From contig RSEE01000017.1 in NCBI GenBank assembly GCA_003971905.1, positions 310,001 to 374,000 of the forward strand: a DNA stretch of 64,000 bases, in the 5' to 3' direction. Below the pieces are notes generated by a model, which was not told the DNA's origin, searched no databases, and saw only the letters and a list, made by a program, of their open reading frames with translations. Source of the stretch: Moniliella sp. 'wahieum' (lineage: Eukaryota). A program made the translations under genes and the position numbers. This document shows positions 63,129 through 64,000 of this stretch, one piece after another (positions within the stretch are counted from its first letter, which is position 1; each line of letters begins with the position of its first letter).

Positions 63129-63760
63129 ATGTTCCCCGCTGTGCTCTTCTTTTGCTTTTGGCCAGCTTGGTTCAAGCCGACAAGACCAAGGTTGCCAACA
63201 AGGTGTACCTTATCCGGCATGGCGAAAAGCCGGACAGTGGGAATGGACTGTCGACCCAAGGTACCGAGCGGGCGCAGTGCCTTCCCTCGGTGTTCACCTC
63301 GTCGAACGGGTACAACCTGGGACTGATCATGGCGGAGCAGCCTCAATCGGATGGCTCGCAGCAGCGCCCCTACGACACGGTTAAGCCCCTTGCCGACTCG
63401 CTGGGGTTGACTGTGGACACCAACTGCCAGCGCGACGATACATCGTGCGTGGCCAACGAGATCCAAAACTTTGCCGATTCGTCAAGCCAGGACATCCTGA
63501 TTTGCTGGGAGCACAAGGCGCTGTCGGACATCTCGGACCAGCTGGGAGACCAATTCAAGTACCCTTCCGACCACTTTGGTATGTCTCTGTCTGCCTCCCT
63601 TTTGTTGCGCGTTTTGCGTTCTTTTTGGGGTTCTGTGGCGTATCTGATCGCTAACTGTGGGATGGGTGGATCGGCAATAGACTTGATCTACGAGATTATC
63701 GATGGCGACTTGACGTCCAACTCGCCCTGGTCTGAGGACTGCGCCGGGTTGGACTCGTAG
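63129..63760 (+). CDS. Secreted histidine-phosphatase (phosphoglycerate mutase-like) family protein
   Basis: Signal-peptide-like start; VYLIRHGEKP, G.ERAQCL, RPYDTVKPLA, ILICWEH; intron 63579-63680. Confidence 0.85.
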
Positions 63761-64000
63761 TGCCAGGCGCAATTGCATTGACAACTTTCTGGACGAACGG
63801 TGGGCGGAGGCTGCCTTTGGCTTTTGGCATTTGGGCTGGGCTGGGCGACTGGTAATGATTACGCGATGGTCCAAGTCAATCGAAGTCGATGAGGGTGCTG
63901 TGCGTGATGGAACAGAGGGTACTCTCCGACGAGCAGTCTACAGGAGAGGTGGGCAGGCGATTGATCACAGAGAGCGGAGCGAGATTAGGTGCAGCGAAGA

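Overview
Eukaryotic, GC-rich fungal DNA. It is probably basidiomycete, judged from spliceosomal GT-AG introns, intron-containing tRNA-Gly(GCC) and tRNA-Ser(CGA), and fungal gene families. Nearly every gene has single-base indel frameshifts. These also hit essential genes, tRNA stems and a retroelement with identical LTRs, so they are most likely long-read assembly errors. CDS coordinates are therefore approximate reconstructions across frames. Left arm (1-20 kb): LTR remnants, a Grr1-like F-box/LRR gene, MCR1-like cytochrome b5 reductase, two hypothetical genes, a large helical-repeat (PPR-like) gene, IMP1, translin and YPI1. Central ~30 kb (20.1-49.8 kb) has no recognisable host protein genes. 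It holds a young full-length Ty1/Copia element whose gag and pol are separated by one in-frame TAG, two tRNA genes, a ~5.8-copy tandem array of a ~2.2-kb unit carrying an orphan 160-aa ORF, a decayed Gypsy, and a full-length self-priming-type chromovirus with a perfect target-site duplication (TSD). Right arm (50-64 kb): a 2OG-Fe(II) oxygenase, BUD22, a C2H2 transcription factor, HSE1 with an unusual repeat tail, and a secreted histidine-phosphatase-family gene. Family calls come from motif recognition by eye; no database searches were run.
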